Shown: positions 22,045 to 30,511 of the stretch, in pieces
Numbering within the stretch: the stretch's first letter is position 1
How the letters are laid out: each line of letters opens with the position of its first letter
Assembly: GCA_048938025.1 (NCBI GenBank)
Contig: JBHLMP010000008.1
Span: forward strand, 24,525 to 88,524
Source: Promethearchaeota archaeon
GTDB taxonomy: Archaea; Asgardarchaeota; Lokiarchaeia; Sigyniarchaeales; SOKP01
DNA: 64,000 nt
Reading direction: 5' to 3'
Notes under the pieces: model-generated
What the model was told of the DNA's origin: nothing
Databases searched by the model: none
The model's input: only the letters and a program-made list of their open reading frames with translations
Position numbers and translations under genes: made by a program

Positions 22045-22899
22045 CTACTCACCTCTAAAGTTTTGCCAATATAGAATGAGAAAAAAAGCAGCCACTCCAA
22101 ATAATAGCAAAATGGTTAACCCGTAAGTATCAACAGTAAAGGGAAATAGCATCATTTCTATTAATACAATAAACCCAAAACAAAAAGCAACTAAAAAAAG
22201 ACCAAGAATAAAATAGCCTAAAATACTCTTTAACGAGAGTTGATAGTTGATATTGTCTTTTAATGCTCCTTGGATCACGATTTTATTTTTTCCATTCTCT
22301 TCAAGCCCTTTTTTAATCTTTTTCAAATATATTGCTTGTTCAAATGTTTTTGAGTTAAAATTCTGATTCAAGGTCTCCCGAAGGGCAATTTCTTTTTCCT
22401 TGACTTTATGGAGTATGAGGGGTTTTAATTTATTATCATTATTTCTCTTTTGTCTACCCCTTGGAGATAAGAAGGAAAATAAATTAACATTCGTCGTTTT
22501 GATAATATTATCTTCCTTTAACTGTTCATGGAGATTGGGAATGTCTAACTTTCTTAATTCATAATAAAGTAAGAAAATTTTTTTGATATAATTATAGGGG
22601 ACATCACCTCTGCTTCTAAGAAATATGATCTCATATTTTTTCAAGTTATCAATTATCTCCTCCTTAAAGATATGTAATTTAAGGTTGGACTCGAAAACAT
22701 CATTAATTAGCCTTATATATTCAAATATCTTTTCTTCTTTTTCCTTATTTCGAGGTCGCAGTCCCAGTTTGATACCAAACTCATCTATCTTATTACTTAT
22801 TAAAATGAATCCAGAGACGGCTAACTTTCTATAATTTTGAGTCTCTTTACAGACTTGAATTAAATACTTTAATTTTGAATCTATTATGGTTTCATTCAT
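22045..22899 (-). CDS. Hypothetical protein with two C-terminal TM helices
   Basis: ORF overlaps upstream gene stop; C-terminal hydrophobic hairpin. Confidence 0.7.
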   Translation of the reverse strand: MNETIIDSKLKYLIQVCKETQNYRKLAVSGFILISNKIDEFGIKLGLRPRNKEKEEKIFEYIRLINDVFESNLKLHIFKEEIIDNLKKYEIIFLRSRGDVPYNYIKKIFLLYYELRKLDIPNLHEQLKEDNIIKTTNVNLFSFLSPRGRQKRNNDNKLKPLILHKVKEKEIALRETLNQNFNSKTFEQAIYLKKIKKGLEENGKNKIVIQGALKDNINYQLSLKSILGYFILGLFLVAFCFGFIVLIEMMLFPFTVDTYGLTILLLFGVAAFFLILYWQNFRGE

Positions 22900-23648
22900 T
22901 TCCTTACCCTCTTTTTTTGAAATTGTGAATAAGTAAGTTCTACTTCATCTTGTGGTTTTTTTTTTCCAACTTTCTGTTTTAACTCTTCTTCGGCAATGAA
23001 TTTATCAAGGTCAAGAGGTTCTTGAATTTCTTGAATATATCTGCTAATAACTTTTTCCATAGAATGTTCTTCTTGCTCAAATGTAGAAATTGTTTGATAA
23101 TAAAACAAGATGTAGGGAAATATAAGTATTAAAGAAAAGAGTTGAAAATAATATCCAATATTTAATGAATACACATAGGTTATGTTAGCTTGAACATCCT
23201 CATATTTAAGATAAGGAAAATAAAGATTATTTGATAATAAGTAAGCTACGGGAAATACTAATATATAAAAACCGACCAGTAAGAGCAAGAAAAAATTCAA
23301 AAAAGAATAATTTTTTAGTCTTTGAGGGGAATTACCTTGATCAACATCTTTTACCAATGCTATATAGACACACAAGAAGCATATACAGATGAGAACAATA
23401 TGAATTATAGGGGATAGATTCAGATTATCAGGTCTAAAGACTTTATTTAGAGTAAATGCGTCTGAAAGGGGTGTATTCCATCCTTTAAAAAGGTTATAAT
23501 CCCATGAAGCAATTAAATTATTATATATGTCAAATACTTGATAACTATACCAATTTAAAAATAACGAGATAAATAATAAGACAATCCCTACTAAAAATAA
23601 TGCCTTAAAGATTTGTTTGACTTTAAGTTTGATAATTTTAAATTCCAT
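22896..23648 (-). CDS. Four-TM membrane protein with charged C-terminal tail
   Basis: Four hydrophobic segments; operonic spacing. Confidence 0.7.
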   Translation of the reverse strand: MEFKIIKLKVKQIFKALFLVGIVLLFISLFLNWYSYQVFDIYNNLIASWDYNLFKGWNTPLSDAFTLNKVFRPDNLNLSPIIHIVLICICFLCVYIALVKDVDQGNSPQRLKNYSFLNFFLLLLVGFYILVFPVAYLLSNNLYFPYLKYEDVQANITYVYSLNIGYYFQLFSLILIFPYILFYYQTISTFEQEEHSMEKVISRYIQEIQEPLDLDKFIAEEELKQKVGKKKPQDEVELTYSQFQKKRVRK

Positions 23649-23652
23649 TTTC

Positions 23653-25719
23653 TCAATCCTCTAAAAATGAACCATATTTTGAAATTAATTTATCTTTCAT
23701 TTTCGAATCACTCCCCTTTAGTTTAGATTCAAAGAACTCTCCTTTCTCGATTTCTGATGTTATTTTCTTTTTAGTTAAAAGATCTTCTGCTCGGTTTCTT
23801 TCTAATTGTGATATAAGAGGGAATGGCACATTCTTACCGAGACATTCATAGGAAAATTGGGCCATCAATTCAGGAGAAAATTCTTCATTGATCAATATTA
23901 GACTTGTCTCATCCAACTCAAGCAATTTTTGATAATAAGGGGTATGAAACTCTTGTTGTATTACTACTTTCTTTTTATAAAATTTATAATATAAATATCC
24001 AACAACCACTCCATAGATAATAATTAAACCAAATCCCAAATTCATAAATACCTCAATTAGTTCAGGAACTTGGGATAGTAATGCAAATGCAAATATTACT
24101 CCAAATCCTATAAAAGGAATTGAGTAAAGTCGTAGTTCTTCCATTAGAGATCCTGTAGCTTTAAAATAGCGTTTAATTGAGGTCTCTTGATCATTTTGTG
24201 CTTCAATAAGATAATATTTTTTTTCGAGGTATGGCAATAGTTCAGAAAGATTTTCTAGCTCAAGAATATGTAAATTTCTATATTTTTGATACGCAAACGG
24301 AATTACCTTTTCAATTAACCCTACATTACCGTGGTTGATTATGACCGGCTCGATTAATACCTTATACTGAAGTGCTCCAACTCTAAAAAATAATTTTTTG
24401 TTGGTGATGGTTTTCTCTACAGAGATATTGAGTTTTAAATATTTTCTAAAGAATTGAAAAAGGGTTCCTTCAGATATAAGCTCATTAAAGATGATTTCTT
24501 GAGATTGAGTAATTTTATCGAGATTTACGTTAAGTACTGTAGTTGTGGTTCGATTGTAACGTTTTCCTGTTTCATGAGAAAAATTATAATCTACAGAATC
24601 CTCTGAAATAATTAATGAACCTTTAATTGAATTTATTTTAACTGGAACGAGTAATAATAAATCTAAGAATTCATTAACTTGAACAATTTTTACTCCTAAA
24701 AGATCAATCTTGTTAAAGATATTTTTTAAAAATGGATTGTGATTGATAAGATAATAACCATTCGAAGTAAACTCCTCTTGTATTTCTGTCTTTATGTAAT
24801 TTATTTCAACAGAGGTTAATTTTTCTGTATCGTAAGTATTTACTTTCTTTTCCTCTATAATTTCGTTATGAATTTCTGTTTCAATATGAGGAAGATTCTC
24901 TATAGTTGAGGGTAAAAGGTGTTTATTTTTAATAAGATTTTCTTCCTGAAAATTGTTCTTTTCAATGATAGCATCTTCTGGTATCTGTTCATAGTCAGGT
25001 AAGTCTTCAACTTCATAAGGCTCATCATCTTTAATAAGCGGAGGAACTTGAGGTGAAGGAGGTAGAACTTTACTCTCTGAAACTTCTTGAATTTGCGGTG
25101 AATACCATATTCCAGATTTTAATCTTTTAAATTTATCATTAAACCATTGTTCATCCTTATTTGATGATTCTTCTGGATTAGATTCTTCCTCGATTAGATT
25201 TTCTTGTACTGAGGGCTTAGTAATTGGATTTGAACCAGTAAAAGTATTTAATGTTGGAACCTTTATACTGGATTTAGCAGCATCAATAAACCTCATTGCA
25301 GTCTCCGAACCTATTCCTTTTATCCTCATAAGTCGTTCTTTACTTGTTGATGCTAATTCTTTGACAGAATTAATCCCTGCTTGATATAGTTTTTCCACAA
25401 CGGACTTTCCTATTCCCTTGATAATCGTAAGATCTTCTTTGACTGATACTAACTCAGGTTTAATGATTGACTCTTGGTTCGCAAAGAGTATATCTCTTTC
25501 TTTAACACGATCCATAGAAAATTGAGCTAACTCAGTATTAAAAGAATCAAATTTTTGAGTCCATTCACCATTATTCTCCAATTGAGCTTGTCTTAGACCA
25601 TTTTCAGAGATTTGTTTTGCTTGAGAGAGATTCTTTGCTTCAAATGCATCTTGTGCCAATTTATAATAGGTTTTTAGATCCAATTTTTTTTCCAATACAT
25701 TTTCTGAGACATCCGTCAT
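23653..25719 (-). CDS. Membrane-anchored helix-hairpin-helix DNA-binding protein
   Basis: DLTIIKGIGKS...LMRIKGIGSETA tandem HhH, acidic linker, two TM helices near the C-terminus. Confidence 0.75.
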   Translation of the reverse strand: MTDVSENVLEKKLDLKTYYKLAQDAFEAKNLSQAKQISENGLRQAQLENNGEWTQKFDSFNTELAQFSMDRVKERDILFANQESIIKPELVSVKEDLTIIKGIGKSVVEKLYQAGINSVKELASTSKERLMRIKGIGSETAMRFIDAAKSSIKVPTLNTFTGSNPITKPSVQENLIEEESNPEESSNKDEQWFNDKFKRLKSGIWYSPQIQEVSESKVLPPSPQVPPLIKDDEPYEVEDLPDYEQIPEDAIIEKNNFQEENLIKNKHLLPSTIENLPHIETEIHNEIIEEKKVNTYDTEKLTSVEINYIKTEIQEEFTSNGYYLINHNPFLKNIFNKIDLLGVKIVQVNEFLDLLLLVPVKINSIKGSLIISEDSVDYNFSHETGKRYNRTTTTVLNVNLDKITQSQEIIFNELISEGTLFQFFRKYLKLNISVEKTITNKKLFFRVGALQYKVLIEPVIINHGNVGLIEKVIPFAYQKYRNLHILELENLSELLPYLEKKYYLIEAQNDQETSIKRYFKATGSLMEELRLYSIPFIGFGVIFAFALLSQVPELIEVFMNLGFGLIIIYGVVVGYLYYKFYKKKVVIQQEFHTPYYQKLLELDETSLILINEEFSPELMAQFSYECLGKNVPFPLISQLERNRAEDLLTKKKITSEIEKGEFFESKLKGSDSKMKDKLISKYGSFLED

Positions 25720-25746
25720 GCGTATCGAGTACTATTATTATGTTTA

Positions 25747-25761
25747 TATTTAAAGAAAAAA
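25747..25761 (-). promoter_or_regulatory. Island promoter motif TTTTTTCTTTAAATA
   Basis: Exact match 27 bp upstream of the ATG at 25719, head of a five-gene operon. Confidence 0.75.
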
Positions 25762-25814
25762 CAATGAAAAGAGGATTAAGTTTTCATTTAAATAACAAGG
25801 CTGATTTATATTAT

Positions 25815-25946
25815 AGGACAAAAAAACCTTGACTCCTGTCTACACCCTGAATTTTTGTCTAAGAGTGTAAGTCTTTACACTCGGATTTCATCTTTGTCCT
25901 TCTAAATTCGTTTTAACCTTGTATTTCAGTCTTGTTGGCAGGAGTC
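25815..25946. ncRNA. Candidate structured element (ncRNA or DNA hairpins)
   Basis: GACTCCTGTC (25831) pairs with GGCAGGAGTC (25937); internal hairpin GAGTGTAA/TTACACTC (25863-25882). Confidence 0.3.
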
Positions 25947-26043
25947 TCCTTCTATCTTAATCCCTAGCTAATTTTTTACATCTATTTTTTTCTTTTATAA
26001 AGTATCATTTTATTTGTTTGGTAAAAATTTATAGTGATCCAAC

Positions 26044-26355
26044 ATCGTAATTGTTTATGGGAAAATTAAGGATCGTAATGATATCAAGAAAAAAGCGAAA
26101 AAGAAAGTAAGATGCCCATTTTGTAAAAAAGAGATCGAAATTGGCATTAAGGTAAGTGTCTTAAAAACTTTAAATCCTAATCAATACTTTCATTGTCCCC
26201 ATATTAATATTCATGGAAATCCCCTTCATGCTCTTATCTGTTATTTTAACACAGAATTAAATATCCGAAACGTAGGAGTGATTAAAAGCATAGAATTTTC
26301 AAGGGATTCTGAGACTTTTAAAGAGATGTTAAAGAATTGGACAAATCCATATTAA
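26044..26355 (+). CDS. Small metal-binding protein without canonical in-frame start (missed by ORF track)
   Basis: Open frame ...KVRCPFCKKEIEIG...HINIHGNPLHALICYF...NWTNPY*; nearby ATG at 26057 is out of frame. Confidence 0.6.
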   Translation: MVIVYGKIKDRNDIKKKAKKKVRCPFCKKEIEIGIKVSVLKTLNPNQYFHCPHINIHGNPLHALICYFNTELNIRNVGVIKSIEFSRDSETFKEMLKNWTNPY

Positions 26356-26370
26356 CAAAGGTGACGTATT

Positions 26371-28899
26371 TTGACCATTTTAGATTTTACTAAGAATACC
26401 AATAAAGAAGAAATAGATACAGATAGGGAGATCTTCAAATATATTTTAAATAAGAGAATTCTACGAGTCTTACTTGAGAATAAAGTCTTTAAACTAAGAG
26501 ATATTCAAAAAGAGGCAATTGAGAAGGGATTATTCTTTCGAAAATCATTTTTGGTCTGTGCCCCTTCAGGGAGTGGAAAGACTTTAATTGGAGAATTATG
26601 TGCCTTTAATAATATTTTTCAGAACTTCGGCAAGTCCGTATATTTAGTGCCATACAAAGCCTTAGCTACTGAAAAGTACATTTACTTCAAAAAAAATTAT
26701 GGACGGTTTGGAGTAAAGATCGAACTTTCAATAGGGGATTATGATGTAGATGATTCAAAATTAGAAAAAGCAGATATTATAGTCACCACCTATGAAAAGA
26801 TGGACTCCATTCTCCGTAATTTTTATGATAAGGATTGGATTTTTAATATTTCTACGGTTATAATCGATGAGATACATATTATCGGTGAAAGTGATCGTGG
26901 TCCACGATTAGAGTCCCTAATTGTACGCCTGAATGAATTTTTACATAATCCTCAGATAATTGGTTTATCAGCAACCATTGCCAATCCAGAATTTTTTAAT
27001 TCATGGCTCTCTTCATTAGGAAATAAGACAACTCTCATAACATCTGATATAAGACCAGTACCACTTCATTATCGAATTGAAGTCACCCAAAATAAAGATT
27101 CCACCATTAAAAAAATCGTGAATAAGACATTAGAGAATAAAGGGCAGGTATTAATTTTTCTGAACAGAAGAAAAGGAGCACAACAGACAGCACAGTATCT
27201 TAGAAATATTGTTGATCATTTTTTAGAAGATACAGAGAGAATAGTATGTAAAGCGTTAGACAAGTCCTTAAGCTCAATTAGAGGGAGCCATCGTGATTTA
27301 AGGAAAGTCATTAGGCATGGGATTGCGTTTCATCATGCTGGGCTTTTGCCACGAGAGCGTAAAATAATAGAAGATAATTTCCGAAAGAGAATTGTAAAGG
27401 TTATTTGCTGTACCACCACTTTATCTGCTGGTATTAATACTCCAGCACGAGTCGTTGTATTAAAAGATTTTAAGAAATATATCACTTCTATAAAAAATAT
27501 CAGAAATTTTTCCGGATATTACGAACACGGAAATGGGTTTTCTTACTTTAAACCGTTTTCCGCAAATGAATTATTCCAGATTTTAGGTAGAGCAGGAAGA
27601 CCTGGGCTTGATTCAGTTGGCTATGGAATTATATTGACTAAAGATGTTGATACAAAACATTGGGTAGAGGATCATTATTTTCAAAAGGATATTCTTGCTA
27701 ACACGTTTATTCCTAAGTATAATGATTTAGGTTCCGGATTAAATAAACTAAATACCCTAAAAGAGCAAGTACTTTTAAGAATTTATGAAGAAAAACGGAT
27801 TTCTTTAGCACAATTAAAGCAGTTCTTTGAAAAGACGTATTTTTGGTTTTGTATTAAACAGAAAATGAAGAAGAACAAGATTCCTATTGAGCAATTGCTC
27901 TTGATTAAAGAGATTACTCCGATAAATATTTTAAAATTGCATTCAGATCCTAAACAGGTAGAAGAGTTAAAAAACCATAGTTATCCAACCAAAATTACTA
28001 AATTAACTAATACAACTATTTCAGGATATATTAAGACCGATTTTGGGGTATATGCCTGCCAATTCGATATTGATTCTGGAATTCAATGTTCCTGCGGATT
28101 TAAGAATGGAATTTCCGATAATTTTATCTCTGATGAGTTCTCCTTTGAGTTTTGCGATCATATCACCTCCTTTTTGCTGTATGTAATTGATCTTCCTAAC
28201 AAGAATTTTAAGAAATATGTAAATGATATTGTACCGAAATCAATTCGGAATCAGTATATCCTGAACTATCTTTTTGAGAAGGGATTAGTTATTAAAGAAT
28301 CTGACGGATCTATTAAATGCTCCCAATTTGGCAAACTTATCATTAGACTTTATTTATATCCCGCTTCTGGAGTTCTAATACGGTACAAACTTGAGAATAA
28401 AGAGATCAATACCTATAAAGATTTGATCAAAGAAGGATTTGATATTCTAAAATTAGAAAATCGAATTCGGGATTATACCATGCTAAATCCTATTTTAGAG
28501 TGGGCAGATGAGGAACCGCTTGATCTTATCTTAGATAAATATACCATTATGGCAGGGGATCTCTATTCGGTTAGAGATAATTTGGAACGGGTAATTACGT
28601 TTATCGGGATTATCGCCAGTAATTTAAGGTTGAGTGGAAGTGATTTAGTGTATAAACTTCCCTATGTAGCAGAAATGTGCGAAACACTTCGTATCCGAAT
28701 ACATTATGGCATTCGAGAGGAATTATTTGACTTAGTCTTAAGACTTAACGATGTAGCAAGGGCAAGAGCACGGATCTTATATAATGTGGGATACCATACA
28801 GCATCTCAAGTAAGAAAAGAAAACCCTTACACCTTAAATCAAAAAACAGGATTAGGAATAAATCTCTGTAAAAAAATAATTAAAAGTATCGAAAAATAA
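26371..28899 (+). CDS. Hel308/Ski2-like SF2 helicase with inserted SWIM zinc finger
   Basis: APSGSGKT, DEIH, LSAT, HHAGL, QILGRAGRPG; insertion CSC...FCDH; C-terminal RARARIL. Confidence 0.9.
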   Translation: MTILDFTKNTNKEEIDTDREIFKYILNKRILRVLLENKVFKLRDIQKEAIEKGLFFRKSFLVCAPSGSGKTLIGELCAFNNIFQNFGKSVYLVPYKALATEKYIYFKKNYGRFGVKIELSIGDYDVDDSKLEKADIIVTTYEKMDSILRNFYDKDWIFNISTVIIDEIHIIGESDRGPRLESLIVRLNEFLHNPQIIGLSATIANPEFFNSWLSSLGNKTTLITSDIRPVPLHYRIEVTQNKDSTIKKIVNKTLENKGQVLIFLNRRKGAQQTAQYLRNIVDHFLEDTERIVCKALDKSLSSIRGSHRDLRKVIRHGIAFHHAGLLPRERKIIEDNFRKRIVKVICCTTTLSAGINTPARVVVLKDFKKYITSIKNIRNFSGYYEHGNGFSYFKPFSANELFQILGRAGRPGLDSVGYGIILTKDVDTKHWVEDHYFQKDILANTFIPKYNDLGSGLNKLNTLKEQVLLRIYEEKRISLAQLKQFFEKTYFWFCIKQKMKKNKIPIEQLLLIKEITPINILKLHSDPKQVEELKNHSYPTKITKLTNTTISGYIKTDFGVYACQFDIDSGIQCSCGFKNGISDNFISDEFSFEFCDHITSFLLYVIDLPNKNFKKYVNDIVPKSIRNQYILNYLFEKGLVIKESDGSIKCSQFGKLIIRLYLYPASGVLIRYKLENKEINTYKDLIKEGFDILKLENRIRDYTMLNPILEWADEEPLDLILDKYTIMAGDLYSVRDNLERVITFIGIIASNLRLSGSDLVYKLPYVAEMCETLRIRIHYGIREELFDLVLRLNDVARARARILYNVGYHTASQVRKENPYTLNQKTGLGINLCKKIIKSIEK

Positions 28900-28973
28900 T
28901 GATTATGCTTTTTTTCTTTTTATAGTCTTGTTATAAGTTTTTAATAAGATTTTATACTTCATGATGATTTAAG

Positions 28974-29243
28974 ATGGGTTCCCAGACAGATAAGGAAAAA
29001 GTCTTAAATATCTCAGTTAAATTAGGAAAAATCCAAGAGATACCTATCCAGACAAACAATGAGAACCTCGAAGAAATTATCGATGAAAATCTTGTTACCC
29101 TCAAAAAAGTCCATTCAATCTTATTAAATTGTATCAACCTCACAAAGAAGCAGAAAATAGAGTTTGCTGAAAGTGAACGGTATTTTATGAAAATGTATCT
29201 AAAAAAACTAACAGAAAAGATTAAAAATAGTGAACAGGAATAA
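28974..29243 (+). CDS. Small hypothetical protein
   Basis: ORF preceded by motif variant TTTTTTTCTTTTTATA at ~28909. Confidence 0.55.
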   Translation: MGSQTDKEKVLNISVKLGKIQEIPIQTNNENLEEIIDENLVTLKKVHSILLNCINLTKKQKIEFAESERYFMKMYLKKLTEKIKNSEQE

Positions 29244-29257
29244 TTTTTCTTTAAAAA
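29244..29257 (+). promoter_or_regulatory. Island promoter motif variant TTTTTCTTTAAAAA
   Basis: 23 bp upstream of ATG 29281. Confidence 0.55.
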
Positions 29258-29280
29258 CACTCTGAATAATGTAAATTGAA

Positions 29281-29496
29281 ATGAGTTCTAAAATCATTAG
29301 AAAAAAGATACAAGTTATTAGTAAGGATCAATTTTCTAAAAAAAGACCTATTAATGTTAAAGAAATCACCATCTCTTTTTCTAAGTTTTTTGATCATATA
29401 GATCCTTCATATATATATTCTGGAAATGAGAAGATCCCATTTTGCGAACGCCATCCAAAATATCAAAACATTCTTTTAAATGAATTTGTAGAATAG
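29281..29496 (+). CDS. Small hypothetical protein
   Basis: ORF with motif at promoter-like distance. Confidence 0.55.
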   Translation: MSSKIIRKKIQVISKDQFSKKRPINVKEITISFSKFFDHIDPSYIYSGNEKIPFCERHPKYQNILLNEFVE

Positions 29497-29623
29497 TTAA
29501 GAGAAACACTATTTTTCGTTATAGACACTAAATTATACTAGAATATATTTATATATTCGCTAAGTTATATAAATTCTGAAGAATCCATTCTTAAATATTA
29601 TGACAATAAATTATTGAAGTAAA

Positions 29624-29881
29624 ATGAGACAGAGATTGGGTAAAAAAGTATTTTTAAGACCTAAATGTGAGCATTGCGGAGAGCGACTCTATAATATTCA
29701 TGGTCCGTTTATAGAGTATTTTGGGGGGAAAGTTCCCTCCCATTGTCCGAAATGTGGGGAGAAAATAAGCCTTGATAAAAAAAATCATTTAATAGAACAT
29801 GACGCATTACTTTGGTTGATATTATGTATCTCGGGTATTACTATTATGATAGTAGCAGTATCGATAATTTTGTCGTTATAG
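29624..29881 (+). CDS. Zinc-ribbon protein with C-terminal TM anchor
   Basis: CEHC...CPKC and a hydrophobic C-terminus. Confidence 0.7.
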   Translation: MRQRLGKKVFLRPKCEHCGERLYNIHGPFIEYFGGKVPSHCPKCGEKISLDKKNHLIEHDALLWLILCISGITIMIVAVSIILSL

Positions 29882-29986
29882 CAGGAATTGTTTAATTCAG
29901 CGGTCTCTGTGGTTGCATTTCACATTTTTAGTTAATAAATGAATTTTTTTTCCTATAATTCTTACAAAAACCTATAAATCATTCGC

Positions 29987-30511
29987 TTAGCTATATTTAA
30001 TATTTATAGAATACAAGTAATTATTTAACCGGATTAAAAATCCTTGTTTTGAGAAATATCTTGTTAGCATTTTTATTTCTGAATCTGGAATACCGTAATT
30101 ATCAGCCATCACTTCAAGAATATAGTAAGGAAACTCTTTATAGGTCTTAGATAAGTCAATAAGCATTCTTTTGAACGTTTCCGTAAGCTCACCACCCCTA
30201 TCATTAGGTTGATAGCTTTTGATTTTTTGTTTTCTGACAATTGTAAAATCCTGTGATCCTCTAAATTCGAGGGGGTTCCCCATTTCTTTTAGAGCGACCT
30301 CATTTTGTTTTTCTTTTACAGTTTTTATTGCGTTTGTCAGACCATTTATGATCTCTCCCGATTTTAGAATAGTAGCGACCGTATGCGTATGACCACATTG
30401 TGGACATTTTTTAGATTTTTGGATGGTTTTTACATATAAATAACGCTTACAGGTATGACACCTAAATACTAAGTAAGGGGTCTCATCCTTTTTCCATTCT
30501 GCTTTTTCCAT
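29987..30511 (-). CDS. Zinc-ribbon (DUF1922-like) + winged-helix protein
   Basis: YLVFRCHTC...KKCPQCG; C-terminal wHTH-like segment; abuts the Hef-like gene. Confidence 0.65.
   Translation of the reverse strand: MEKAEWKKDETPYLVFRCHTCKRYLYVKTIQKSKKCPQCGHTHTVATILKSGEIINGLTNAIKTVKEKQNEVALKEMGNPLEFRGSQDFTIVRKQKIKSYQPNDRGGELTETFKRMLIDLSKTYKEFPYYILEVMADNYGIPDSEIKMLTRYFSKQGFLIRLNNYLYSINIKYS

Noticed and set aside
22044-22100. Start of the large ATPase-like ORF at 22100
   Set aside because: Overlaps the upstream gene; GTG 22043 has a GAGGTGA ribosome-binding site
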